NCBI GenBank assembly: GCA_030065015.1 | Contig: JASJDU010000020.1 | Span: 1,978-65,977, forward strand | Reading direction: 5' to 3' | Source: Candidatus Caenarcanales bacterium | Lineage (GTDB): Bacteria; Cyanobacteriota; Vampirovibrionia; Caenarcaniphilales; Caenarcanaceae | Length of the DNA: 64,000 nt | Part shown: positions 38,711-50,000 of the stretch, one piece after another | How the letters are laid out: each line of letters opens with the position of its first letter | Position numbering within the stretch: position 1 is the stretch's first letter | Notes under the pieces: model-generated | The model's database searches: none | What the model was told of the DNA's origin: nothing | The model's input: only the letters and a program-made list of their open reading frames with translations | Position numbers and translations under genes: made by a program

Positions 38711-39628
38711 ATGTTTTTTAGAGCAAAAACTAAAAAGTTAATTGAAACTTCTTTGCTTTATTTACTTTTTATAAGTGCTACTCAACCTATATATCCAAGT
38801 CAATCAGACTCAAAACAAACAATACAAAATTCTTCTTATTTACAACAAAACCAAGTTCAAAATACTGTTACTCAACACAAAAACAATTCTCAAGAGTCTC
38901 AAAAAACCAAAAAGAAAGACTATCAATTTTTATTAATTAGCCCTTCCTCCAAGGACAAGCAAAATACAATTCAAAGCAAAGTTCTCAAACAAAAAATAGA
39001 AGAAAATCCTTTAGAAAAACTCAGTCAAAATCCTCAAAATGCTGAAGAGTTTTTTAAGAGTGGAATAGCCAAATATAAACTAAAAGACTTCACAGGAGCG
39101 ATTGCGGATTTTGACAAAGCAATTGATTTGAGCCCCAGTCACGGAGAGGCTTATCTATATAGAGGGAAATGTAAAAAACAACTCAACGACCCCAAAAGTG
39201 CTATGGCAGATTTTGAAAAGTCTCTTGAGTTAAATCCCAATAGTGCTAATTATTACTTACAAAGTGGCCTGAGTAAAAGTAAAAACAAGAACTTTCAAGG
39301 GGCAATTCAAGATTACACAAAGGCAATATCGTTCAATAAAGATACATTCCAAGCATACGTAAAAAGGGGAGATGCAAAACTCAATCTGGGGAAGTATCTA
39401 GAAGCAATTAAAGATTATAACGAAGCCATAAGCGTAAAGCCACATTCTCCAGACGCGTATCGAAGAAGAGCCTATGCAAAGTTCAAGCTTAAAAAGTTTC
39501 ACGAATCAATGCTTGATGAAGAAGAAGCCAAAACGTTATACCATTCACAAGGAAACTTTAAAGGTTATAAAAGTGCAGTGGATTCAATCAATATTCTGAG
39601 AGACATAATCAAAAGTTCACGTAGATGA
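38711..39628 (+). CDS. Secreted TPR-repeat protein
   Basis: Signal-like N-terminus, a Q/N-rich linker, then TPR units. Confidence 0.65.
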   Translation: MFFRAKTKKLIETSLLYLLFISATQPIYPSQSDSKQTIQNSSYLQQNQVQNTVTQHKNNSQESQKTKKKDYQFLLISPSSKDKQNTIQSKVLKQKIEENPLEKLSQNPQNAEEFFKSGIAKYKLKDFTGAIADFDKAIDLSPSHGEAYLYRGKCKKQLNDPKSAMADFEKSLELNPNSANYYLQSGLSKSKNKNFQGAIQDYTKAISFNKDTFQAYVKRGDAKLNLGKYLEAIKDYNEAISVKPHSPDAYRRRAYAKFKLKKFHESMLDEEEAKTLYHSQGNFKGYKSAVDSINILRDIIKSSRR

Positions 39629-39640
39629 TTTGTGCTTTCC

Positions 39641-41224
39641 TCAATGCTGAGAATCAACATTCGCTTTATATAAACCGTATTCTATAGACTCACTGATAGC
39701 TTGGAAAGTAGCCTGCAAGATATCCTCATGAAGACCAACTGTATTCCACTTTGAACCCTGGTTATCCATTTCAACATTAACCCTAGTTTTAGCAGCCGTT
39801 CCATCATGGCTATCAACCACTCTAACCTTAAAATCTGTAAGCTTAAAGTCAGCAACTACTTCATAATAATTTCTCAAAGCTTTTCTTAAAGCATTATCCA
39901 ATGCATGCCCGGGGCCAACTCCTAGGCTAGCAGTATGAAGGACTTTTTCTCCGACTCTAATTTGTACCGAAGCTTCCGCAACACTGTCATAACTATCAAA
40001 AACTCTAAAATCAATGATTTCATAATACTTCTTTTTTTTATCTAGCTTCTTTAAAAACAAAAGCTCTAAACTGGCACCTGCCTGTTCAAACTGATACCCC
40101 TCATGCTCTTTTGCTTTAATTTCAATTAATAGCTCTTTTGCAATTCTTTGAGAGTTTTTCCCGAGCTCAATTCCCTTACCTTCAGCAAAATCTATTACAT
40201 TACTGAGCCCAGCTTGCTCACTAACCACTATTCTACTTTTGTTGCCAACTAAATCTGGTATTGTGTGCTCGTAAGTTTCTCTATTCCGAAGCATAGCACT
40301 GGCGTGCAATCCACCTTTGTGCGTAAAAGCAAACCTCCCAACAAAAGGATGCTGACCTCTTGGATTGAGATTTGCAATTTCACTTAAGGAATGACTCGTT
40401 TGAGTCAGTTTAGTTAAATGCTGCTTTGAAGGCAAACACTCACAGTTCATTTTTAAACACAAGTTTCCAATAACACTTATCAGATCAGCATTGCCACAAC
40501 GTTCGCCATAACCATTAATTGTCCCTTGAACTTGAACCGCTCCAGATTCAACAGCAGCTAAAGAGTTGGCAATTGCCAAATCCCCATCATTATGAGCATG
40601 AATACCCAATTGAACACGAGGGAACTTCTTAACAACTTCTTTCACTATTTCATTTATTCGAGTTGGCAAGCTTCCACCATTGGTGTCACATAGCGAAATA
40701 ACATCAACTCCAGAACCAATAGCCGTTTCAAGAACTTTCAAAGAATAATCTGGATTCTCTTCATATCCATCAAAAAAATGCTCAGCATCAAAAATGACTC
40801 GCCTCTTTTTGCTTTTCAAGTGCTCTATTGAATCAGAAATCAACTTCAAATTGTTATCTAAAGTTGTTCTTAACGCTTGTTCAACATGCAAATCCCAAGT
40901 TTTACCAACTATAGTCACAACGGATGTTTCTGCCTTTATCAAGGCTTCTAAGATTGGATCTTCATCACAATTCTCACTATCAACTCTTTTGGTACTTCCG
41001 AAGGCTACAATCTGTGAATTTTTTAATTTTAAATTTTTCACCTCTTGAAAAAATTCAATATCTTTTGGATTTGCACCCGGCCATCCACCTTCAATATAAT
41101 CAACGCCCAACTCATCCAATAAGCTAACTATTTTCAGCTTATCCGCAACTGAAAATGAAATACCATGCATTTGAGAACCATCTCTCAAAGTGGTGTCATA
41201 TATCTGTATCTTATGATTTTTCAT
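39641..41224 (-). CDS. 2-isopropylmalate synthase / (R)-citramalate synthase family (LeuA/CimA)
   Basis: IYDTTLRDGSQ N-terminal DRE-TIM motif, HAHND, and a LeuA dimerisation/regulatory C-domain. Length 527 aa. Confidence 0.85.
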   Translation of the reverse strand: MKNHKIQIYDTTLRDGSQMHGISFSVADKLKIVSLLDELGVDYIEGGWPGANPKDIEFFQEVKNLKLKNSQIVAFGSTKRVDSENCDEDPILEALIKAETSVVTIVGKTWDLHVEQALRTTLDNNLKLISDSIEHLKSKKRRVIFDAEHFFDGYEENPDYSLKVLETAIGSGVDVISLCDTNGGSLPTRINEIVKEVVKKFPRVQLGIHAHNDGDLAIANSLAAVESGAVQVQGTINGYGERCGNADLISVIGNLCLKMNCECLPSKQHLTKLTQTSHSLSEIANLNPRGQHPFVGRFAFTHKGGLHASAMLRNRETYEHTIPDLVGNKSRIVVSEQAGLSNVIDFAEGKGIELGKNSQRIAKELLIEIKAKEHEGYQFEQAGASLELLFLKKLDKKKKYYEIIDFRVFDSYDSVAEASVQIRVGEKVLHTASLGVGPGHALDNALRKALRNYYEVVADFKLTDFKVRVVDSHDGTAAKTRVNVEMDNQGSKWNTVGLHEDILQATFQAISESIEYGLYKANVDSQH

Positions 41225-41296
41225 TTAATAATAGAATTGTTATTTGGCCTTCGAATAATTTTGTTAATAAAAGCTAAGAGTTATTTTCCAAACATT

Positions 41297-42511
41297 TTAC
41301 ACTGCTATTTTCTCAGCATCACCTTGAAGTGATTGAGAATTCAAAAGCAATCTAGAAGATCGAGAGAACAAATATGCACCAAGAGATGCAGTCAAAGGGA
41401 TAGTTAAGATTAACCCAATACTGCCAACTATGGAAAGAATTATTTCTTTAACAACTAGTTCCATATTAAGCAATAATTCTGGGTTAATTTGAGTGAAAAG
41501 AATTAAGGTGGGTAAAGCACTACCAGCATAAGCAAGGATTAAAGTATTCACCATGGTTCCCATAACATCTCTCCCAACATTAATTCCAGATTGAAATAGT
41601 TCCTTAAACTGCTTAGTTGGAGCTGCTATGTGGACTTCATACATTGAACTCGATATTGACATAGCAACATCCATTGCCGCCCCCAATGAACCAATTAAGA
41701 CCGCAGCAGCTATCATTTGATTCACTTGCAGCCCAGGATACTGATAATGCAAGCTTTCCATTTCAACTTCCATAAGACCAGAAAGACGAGCTGCAAAAAC
41801 AGCCCAAGAACCAATTAGTCCCGCAAAAACCACGCCCCCAACAGTTCCACCAACAGCGGCAAGAGCTTTATAGTTAAATCCACTGACCGCTGTTATGGTA
41901 ATTAAGGTACTTAAAACACAAAATAAACTAGCTGCAAATAAAGGAGATATTCCCATCTTGAGACTTGGGATTAATCCATAAAGCATGAACCCACCCATAG
42001 CTAATAAAGATATAAGTGCTAGAGCACCTTTTTTCCCTCCTATAAAAAGTACCAGAAGAAGAAAAGCAATCAGCAAAGCCCAACTCACATTGGTGCGATC
42101 ATAACCTTCTATGTAAATAGCTCCGTCTTCTTGACTAAGTATAATTTTATCCCCTTTTTTCAAGATAACTTGAAAGGACAAATTAGGTGGAATTGAGTTA
42201 ATCGCTTCTACTACTTGTCCCGTAGATGTCTTAATTTGAATTAACTGCTCTCTCTGTTTTTGGCCATTAGGTAATTGAGAGTGATAGTCCATGATCACTT
42301 TTTCAACCTTTCCTTTTTGCAAAGGTCTTACATCTTGCGGCTTCCTAATAGAACTTTGGACTTTAGCTTCTTTTTCGGCTTTTGGACTCGTTTGTGAATT
42401 TGAAGCTTCGGGAAAAAAGGAAATTGATAAAGTCAGAATAATACAAACGATTGTTTTGATAATTACAGCTCTTTTATTCAAATTCATAAAACCAGGATGG
42501 TTACACTTCAA
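41297..42511 (-). CDS. Multi-pass membrane protein with an N-terminal periplasmic domain, possibly YibE/F-like
   Basis: A signal/anchor segment and periplasmic region are followed by about six TM helices. The family assignment is tentative. Confidence 0.35.
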   Translation of the reverse strand: MKCNHPGFMNLNKRAVIIKTIVCIILTLSISFFPEASNSQTSPKAEKEAKVQSSIRKPQDVRPLQKGKVEKVIMDYHSQLPNGQKQREQLIQIKTSTGQVVEAINSIPPNLSFQVILKKGDKIILSQEDGAIYIEGYDRTNVSWALLIAFLLLVLFIGGKKGALALISLLAMGGFMLYGLIPSLKMGISPLFAASLFCVLSTLITITAVSGFNYKALAAVGGTVGGVVFAGLIGSWAVFAARLSGLMEVEMESLHYQYPGLQVNQMIAAAVLIGSLGAAMDVAMSISSSMYEVHIAAPTKQFKELFQSGINVGRDVMGTMVNTLILAYAGSALPTLILFTQINPELLLNMELVVKEIILSIVGSIGLILTIPLTASLGAYLFSRSSRLLLNSQSLQGDAEKIAV

Positions 42512-44678
42512 CTCTATTGGCTCTTTTTAACTCGTCCTTCGATAAGTCCAATATTTCTCCAAACTCCTTTAAATTAATTTGAAGATTCTGCTTTTTAGAA
42601 ACTATTCCTAACTTTTGAGTTTTCAAACCTTGAGCATTTAAGACATTTCCCGGTTTTGTAGTCACTATTGCCCTACTTTGCGACTCACCGAACAAGATAG
42701 AAGCTAATCTTAAAGACTTATGTTTTTCAATTTCAATTTGCACACCAAAATCACTAGCAAGAATTATTTCAGAGAGAGAGATAAGCAGTCCTCCCTCACT
42801 TAAATCATGGCAAGAAAGGATTTCTCCGGAAGATATTTTTTCCTGCAAAAATTGATGAAGTAGTTTCTCTTTACTCCAATCCAGACTAGGACAATCTCTT
42901 TCATTGAAAGTGTCTCCAATTAACCAAATATTGTTACCTTCTTCTTTAAAAGGAATTTTACAAGTTTGTTTGTAGTCTTCGACTAAGCCAATCATTCCAA
43001 TTACTGGAGTTGGCAATATATGTCTTCCATCAGAGAATTCGTTGTATAAACTAACGTTACCACCAGTAACCGGAACATCCAACTCTTCACAAGCTTTTCT
43101 AATACCCTTCACGGACTGCTCCAGATACCAAAAAGATTCAGGTCTTTCTGGGTTTCCAAAATTTAAGTTATTTGTAATTGCTAAAGGCTTAGCTCCAACG
43201 GAAGAGAGATTTCTGGCAGCTTCAGCCATAGCAATCTGAGCGCCGAGATATGGATCTGCTTGAACGTATTTAGGGTTGCAATCCAAAGAAACTGCTAAAG
43301 CCTTTTCACTGGGCTTACCATTTGGTTTTCTCAATCTAAGCACTGCTGCATCAGCTTGACCGGGTTTAGAAATAGTATTCAATTGAACCTGTTGATCGTA
43401 CTGTTCATATATCCACTCTCTTGAACTAAAATCCGAAGAGGATAACCTATCTAAAAGTTCTTTTTGAATTTCTTCTTTATCTAACTTAAAATCAGCTTTA
43501 GAAACTACATTTATTGATACTTTGGGCGCAAGAGATTCTCTAGTATAGATTGGGGCTTGATCGGTTAAAGCTTTAGGAGGTAGTTCAGCTACTAACTCAT
43601 TTTTGTAAAAGACTCTCACCAATTCACTATTAGTAACTTCTCCAACAACCATTGCGGGTAAATTCCACCTTTTAAAAATGGAAATCAACTCATCTTCTTT
43701 ACCCAACTCAGCAATAAATAACATTCTCTCTTGGGATTCAGATAACAAATATTCATGAGGTTCTAGCTCTCCTCGGCTGGGAACTTTATCCAAATTAAGA
43801 TCAATTCCGACATTGCCTTTTGCACTCATTTCACTGCAAGCACAAGTTAATCCGGCGGCACCCATATCTTGGGAAGCAATAACTAATCCAGACTTATAAG
43901 CCTCTAAACACGATTCAATAAGTATTTTACCCATGAATGGATCACCAATTTGAACCGCTGGCCTATCTTTATTACTTTTATTACTCAACCCTGAGCTCGC
44001 AAATGAAGCCCCTCCAAGACCATCTCGACCGGTTTCAGAACCAACGTATATGACAGGGTTGCCAACTCCCTTAGCGGCAGCTGTAACAGGCTGTTCCACT
44101 TCAAGAAGTCCAATACACATCGCATTAACAAGTGGATTACCTTGGTAAGATTCATGATATATGGCTTGACCACCTACAGTTGGAATACCGGTACAGTTAC
44201 CATAATTTGCTATTCCAGCAACAGCATGTGTAATTAAATACCTCGAATGCTCATTGCTGAGATCTCCAAAGTGAAGGCTATTCAAAAAGGCAATTGGCTT
44301 GGCCCCTAAAGTAAGAATATCTCTAAGAATTCCACCTACACCCGTAGTTGCACCTTGAAAGGGTTCAATTGCAGTCGGTCGATTGTGTGATTCAATCTTA
44401 AATGCAATTCTTATTCCATCACCAACATCAACTATTCCAGCATTTTCACCCGGTCCAGCTAAGACTTTTACTCTTTCGCTTTTTGTTGGAAGTGTCTGAA
44501 GCAAGGGTTTAGAGTTTTTATATGCACAATGCTCTGACCACATTACTCCAAACATAGCGATCTCAACTTCATTAGGCTCACGACCAATCAAGTCTTTTAT
44601 TAGTTTATACTCGTCTAATGTAAGCTTGGATTTTGAGAGAATTTCCTCAATATTTTTCTCTAAAGTAGAATTAGTCAA
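42501..44678 (-). CDS. purL: Phosphoribosylformylglycinamidine synthase II (small PurL)
   Basis: 725 aa AIR-synthase-related duplication. It needs PurS (fused to purC here) and PurQ (not in the window). Confidence 0.9.
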   Translation of the reverse strand: MTNSTLEKNIEEILSKSKLTLDEYKLIKDLIGREPNEVEIAMFGVMWSEHCAYKNSKPLLQTLPTKSERVKVLAGPGENAGIVDVGDGIRIAFKIESHNRPTAIEPFQGATTGVGGILRDILTLGAKPIAFLNSLHFGDLSNEHSRYLITHAVAGIANYGNCTGIPTVGGQAIYHESYQGNPLVNAMCIGLLEVEQPVTAAAKGVGNPVIYVGSETGRDGLGGASFASSGLSNKSNKDRPAVQIGDPFMGKILIESCLEAYKSGLVIASQDMGAAGLTCACSEMSAKGNVGIDLNLDKVPSRGELEPHEYLLSESQERMLFIAELGKEDELISIFKRWNLPAMVVGEVTNSELVRVFYKNELVAELPPKALTDQAPIYTRESLAPKVSINVVSKADFKLDKEEIQKELLDRLSSSDFSSREWIYEQYDQQVQLNTISKPGQADAAVLRLRKPNGKPSEKALAVSLDCNPKYVQADPYLGAQIAMAEAARNLSSVGAKPLAITNNLNFGNPERPESFWYLEQSVKGIRKACEELDVPVTGGNVSLYNEFSDGRHILPTPVIGMIGLVEDYKQTCKIPFKEEGNNIWLIGDTFNERDCPSLDWSKEKLLHQFLQEKISSGEILSCHDLSEGGLLISLSEIILASDFGVQIEIEKHKSLRLASILFGESQSRAIVTTKPGNVLNAQGLKTQKLGIVSKKQNLQINLKEFGEILDLSKDELKRANRVEV

Positions 44679-44793
44679 TTTTCAAAACCAACAGCGGAAA
44701 GATACTTTCAACTATAGCGTAACTCTAAAGAAATATATTGTGAGATAGCAAGCTCGGTCACTTCAATACATTAAGAATATAGTAAGCAATTTA

Positions 44794-45192
44794 TCAGTTA
44801 TTAACAGGCTGATCACTTGGAACATCTATTAAAGAGAAGTTGAAAGTTTTTGCTTTTTCATGAAATTCTGGAGTATGTCCCCAAGGCCTTTTGTTATCCC
44901 AGAGCCAAATATGTGTCATTTCATGGAATAGTACTTCACATATTCTTTTAATAGTCTCCTTTGCTAAGAGGTTTTTAGACAAACGAATAACAGGCATAAA
45001 TTGTCTATCAGCAAAAACCGTAAAATCTGCAAATCGATGATAATTCTTACCGGTACCGATACGATCTGACCATTTAATTCTACAAAGTGGAACGGTACTA
45101 TCAAAATGAGTTTGATTGAGTTGATCAAAAAGTGCATACAAAACTGCTTCCGAAAGAATGGCCTGCTCGGCTGTTGCTGTTGTTGCTGTCAC
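44794..45192 (-). CDS. SprT-like zinc-metallopeptidase-fold protein
   Basis: HEMTH motif, 132 aa. Confidence 0.6.
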   Translation of the reverse strand: MTATTATAEQAILSEAVLYALFDQLNQTHFDSTVPLCRIKWSDRIGTGKNYHRFADFTVFADRQFMPVIRLSKNLLAKETIKRICEVLFHEMTHIWLWDNKRPWGHTPEFHEKAKTFNFSLIDVPSDQPVNN

Positions 45193-45230
45193 TGTAATAA
45201 GGTACTCCCAGAAAGACTATTGACGATAAT

Positions 45231-45428
45231 TTATATAGTTTCCTTATCTTTCAAATCATCTTGATCCGCTTTAAATTGCTCATCTGAAGACTTTTGAAAA
45301 GATTTTTTAAAATTCACAAATGCTTCTCCAATTGACTTCCCAAATTCAGGTAGTTTTTTTGGCCCAAAAATTAAAAGACCAATACCTAATAAAACTATTA
45401 TTTCAGGGAATCCAAGGTGCGGAAACAT
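45231..45428 (-). CDS. tatA: Twin-arginine translocase subunit TatA/E
   Basis: Its N-terminus contains GFPEIIVLLGIGLLIFGPKKLPE, the TM and amphipathic helix hallmark. Confidence 0.85.
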   Translation of the reverse strand: MFPHLGFPEIIVLLGIGLLIFGPKKLPEFGKSIGEAFVNFKKSFQKSSDEQFKADQDDLKDKETI

Positions 45429-45683
45429 ATACTAAGAATTTAGACCTAAACATCTTAGCAAGTAAAAGTTGTTTACATTTAATATTTTTTTTATTTTTTG
45501 ATTCACCTTAGTCTAAGAGTTACATCAGTATTTTGAGAATCAAGCATCAATAGAGATAAAGCTATTTATCAAAGCAAAAAGCATCTATAGAAGTTTACTT
45601 TTACAAATTCAAGAAAATTATCAAATACGTTATTGCTCTATTACTGATGTTGTAGAATAATTCATAAGAATAATCAGCATTTA

Positions 45684-46913
45684 ATGTATACAAAGTTCTG
45701 CAAATTTCTTTCTAGATTTTCAAATCATCCAAGCATAAATAGATTGAATAAACATAAGTTAAGTTTATCTTCATTTCTACTAGTCTATTTCATTTCCTTA
45801 CCGGGAATCTCCTTATCACAGAACGAACAAGCTTTATTTCAAGAAGCTTTAACTCTTCTCAAAGATAATTACTATAGCCCAGAGGATATAAAGCGGCTTT
45901 TGACCGAAAAAGCCATTAAAGATTGTAGAGAAAAAAATCAGTCCAGTATCTATAAAGCAATCAATTGCTTAACATCCAAAGTTAAAGATCCCTATACAAA
46001 ATATTTAACTCCTGAAGCAGCTAATAAAGAACTCAAAAGAATCAAAACCTTATCCACTGGACTCGGAATAACAGTAGATCCTATCGATCAGTCCTTAATC
46101 ACAAGGATTCAAACAAATTCACCTGCCGATAGAGCGGGTATCAAGGAAAATGACAAAATCATCTCGATTAACAAAATCCCAATTGAATATCTAAACATTG
46201 AAGAAATCAATCAGGCATTAATTCATGCAGAAGTTGGTAAAAAAACACTTTTAGATTTACAAAGAGGTTATCTATTTTTTTCAGTAGAAATTGAAATGCA
46301 GGAGATACCTATTCTAAGCACTAGATCAAAACTATTGAATAGCGGAATATTTTACATAAAAATAGACGATCTGCTTTCAAAAAGTGCTGCCGATGAAGTT
46401 GAGAATCTCTTACTTTCTAAAGAAGCAAAAAACAGCAACAGCTTAATTCTAGACCTCCGCTCCAACAAAGGTGGTTTGTTAAAAAATGGACTAATAATTG
46501 CAGACTTGTTCATTAAAAGTGGCAAGTTGTTGATAATGATAAGCAATGAAGGAAAAAGAATTTTCACAGCCAAACCCAACACTTTATATTCCAACCCAAT
46601 AGTCATACTGATTAATGGACAAACCGCAAGCTCTAGTGAGGTTATAGCAACCGCACTCAAAGACAACAATATTGCTGTGCTAGTAGGGACAAAATCTTTT
46701 GGGAAAGGGTTAGTACAACAAATTAAAGCATTATCAAACGGCTCCGCTTTGCACATAACCGTGAGTCAATTGCAAACTTCAAAAGGAAGAGTGATCAATA
46801 AAACCGGAATTACACCTGACATTTTTGTTCGCAATGACTCTGAACAACTGAGGGCTGCAATTGGTTATCTCAAGACCATAACTAGGGATCAGATTAATTC
46901 ACAAAATTTCTAG
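45684..46913 (+). CDS. ctpA: C-terminal processing peptidase (S41, CtpA/Prc-like) with a PDZ domain
   Basis: PDZ domain (GLGITVDPID...ADRAGIKENDKI), the S41 catalytic region LDLRSNKGG, and KSFGKG. Confidence 0.8.
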   Translation: MYTKFCKFLSRFSNHPSINRLNKHKLSLSSFLLVYFISLPGISLSQNEQALFQEALTLLKDNYYSPEDIKRLLTEKAIKDCREKNQSSIYKAINCLTSKVKDPYTKYLTPEAANKELKRIKTLSTGLGITVDPIDQSLITRIQTNSPADRAGIKENDKIISINKIPIEYLNIEEINQALIHAEVGKKTLLDLQRGYLFFSVEIEMQEIPILSTRSKLLNSGIFYIKIDDLLSKSAADEVENLLLSKEAKNSNSLILDLRSNKGGLLKNGLIIADLFIKSGKLLIMISNEGKRIFTAKPNTLYSNPIVILINGQTASSSEVIATALKDNNIAVLVGTKSFGKGLVQQIKALSNGSALHITVSQLQTSKGRVINKTGITPDIFVRNDSEQLRAAIGYLKTITRDQINSQNF

Positions 46914-47038
46914 AAAGACAAACCTTGCTTACTAATTCCTGCATGTTAGAAAAGAAGTCTTTGCCAAATGGAACTAAAAAAGCAATAATTAGTTCAAATG
47001 TCGATCTCGGCTTCTTGCTACTCATTTGTTGGTAGTGT

Positions 47039-50000
47039 ATGTTGCAAAACTGGTTAAATTTCCTCCAAAGCTTTCATTTGTCATTACCGAATATTGCATT
47101 TATTCTTATTCTCGGTTTCTGCTTTTTAGCTTGGCAACTGTACACAGAGCTTTTTCATGAACAGTCTTCAAGTAAAAATTACGCCTTCTATCAAAACCTT
47201 CTTAAAAAAATCTCGAGAGAAATAACAAACAAATTCACTCAAAAAGATACAACTAAAGAATCTCAAAACCAACATAATGAAGGAAAGTTTTTTTCCATTA
47301 GAACTGTTATCAGTAAAGAAAAAACGACGGATTCAATTTCAAACGAAGAAGAACCCGAATTCAGTAAAGCAACTTTAAGAAAACAAAGAACAATAGCAAG
47401 TCAAGAAAAAGTTTTCAAAAAAGAACAACCTGAAATAAGAAAAGAAATTGAGAATAATGAGAACAAAAACTCCTCATCAAGACAAAATAAATTCATACAA
47501 AAATACTTTAAAGAAAAAGAAACAGATACTCAAAATTTAAGAATAACGAAGAAATATCCAATTAATTCAAACAGACTTGTAAATCAAAAAAACAAAATTA
47601 ATATTTTGAAAGATTCAACAATTTCACAGTCCAACTTTAATCCACAAACAAATGAAGAATTAAACGAAAAATTGCTTGAAACCAGGATAGACCTGTCAAA
47701 GACAAATTCATCTCAAGACATTAGGTCAACTCGCCCGAATGTCACAACAAACTTTATGGAAAATTTTGTTAGCGAAAACAAAAAAACATTTTTTCCTTTT
47801 TTAGAAATTCAATATCCGGTTATACACAGAAATAAAGAACTGAATTACATAAAAAGCCATTTTCACAAAAATAATTTCTTATTCTTGATTGGTGAAAACG
47901 GAATTGGGAAATCATATCTTGCAAGCTTATATGCAAAGGATATGTTCAACATCAATGAATCTAACGTATTATCCTTTTCTTTTGATCAAAGTATTAATTC
48001 TTTAAATGATGGATTAAAAATCATTTTGACAGAGCAATGTGGACTATCACCAATCAGCATTGAAGATCCCCTACAAACCTTTACCCAGATACTGAACAAT
48101 GAAGAGTTTATTGTTTTATTGAATAACATTGAATTGATTAACAAAAATGACTTAATAAAGCTACTCAATTCAAATGTTATTTGTTCTAAATTGATTCTGA
48201 TCAGCAGTACACTATCGGCCAATTCAATATGCAGACTAGATAATAATTTCAAAAGAAATATATTAGAGATTATTTCTATCAATAATCAAGAAGTTAAAAA
48301 TTTCTTTTTAGAGAAGGTTTCAATTGGGTTTAAAGCAAGCCCAGCTTTAGTTTCAGACCTATTTGAGTTCACAAAAGGGAGTCCTTTCAATTTAATTCTT
48401 TTTTGTTCACTATTAGAAAAACTAATTGAGCAAAATAACAATTTATCTTTAGAAGAAGCCTTTCAGCTAATTTTCTCTTCAAAAAAACATTTAGATAAAA
48501 ACTCAAGCAACTATCTACCCCAGCTGATTTCTTATTTCCTTGAACACTTAACTCAGTCTGAGAAACAAATACTTTTATTCTGCAGTTATATACCAATAAA
48601 CATTTTTTCAAATAGTCTAATTCAATTTATCTTCAACCTATCGGAAAATGAATGTGTCCAAACCTTAAACTCTTTGAAGAACTCTGGATTAATCAGAAAA
48701 GTTTTTTCCAAGCCTTACCAAGAACCTTGTTTTGCGGTTCACAATCTCGTGAAAGAGTTTATCTACAAAGAAAAAAGTATTGCTAGCCTAAACTTCGAAG
48801 AATTAGTACCTAAAATGGCTTTTTATCTTTTAGAAGTCCTCAGAGACGATAAAAGAGTTCAAAACGAAAATACAATATTTTTAGTATCAGCCTTAGACTA
48901 TTGTGTTAGCCAATTGAATGTTAATTTTGACGAAAGAGCACAACTACTTCCAATATTTGAAAAAACAATTGATTACTTCTGTTCAATTGGCTTAAAGCAT
49001 AAGGTACAGAGCGAAATTGTCTCAATCTTTAGAGACAATCTGGAAAAATCGCAAGCTCCAACTGTAAAAGCTTTTTGGACCAGATTACTTGGCCTTTGTT
49101 CATTAGTTCTAGCAAAAGGAAACGAATTCAACGATGCTGAAAGAAATTCTCAGTACATTCACGAGGGAATTTCTCTCTTAAATTCTTCACTAGAAATTTT
49201 TCAGAAGAACTTTAATTTTCTTGAAGAACAAAAAACATATAACGATCTAGGAAACGCCTACTTAACTTTGTCAGAAGAGGAGCTTACTGAAGACAACCTC
49301 ATAAAAGCGGTTGAATATTTCAAGAAAACAATTAAATTGCAGAGTTCTATGAAAATGACTCTCCAAAATGTTAATTCGATTAAGCCGAATAATAACTCCG
49401 TTATGAATTCTTCAACATTTGTTTTATCTCATATAAGTCTTGGTAATTCCTACATGAAACTATATTCTGTAAAACCAAGCGCCTTAACTCTTCACTTAGC
49501 AAGTCAAATATTGATTAAATCTATTCAAGAATTCAGGAAAGAATTGCCCAATAGCATTCTCTCCTCAGTTCACCGCAATATTGCAGATGCTTTTAGATTA
49601 TTAGCCGATCACGAAGAAACAGTGGCTAATTTATGTACAGCAATTGACTCATACAAAGAATCTTTGATTGGAGTTAATGAGGAAATTAAGCCTCTAATCT
49701 TTAACAGCATCGGTTGTTGCTTCTGGAAAATGTCTAAAGTAAAAGATACAAGTAAAAACATAGAACAAGCAATAGCATTTTACAGAAAGACTTTGTCCTG
49801 TCTAATCAATCAACATTCGTCTACAGCAAAAGAATCCATCGAATGTGCTGTAACTCTCAACAACCTTGGAATAGCCTACAAAACCTTATCGCAACTAAAA
49901 GATCCAAACTCAAATAGATCTTTAGCCTTTATAGCCTTCAGAGAGGCACTATCCATCGCAGAGAAAAAAGAGGATTATGAAATAATCAATACCATAAAAA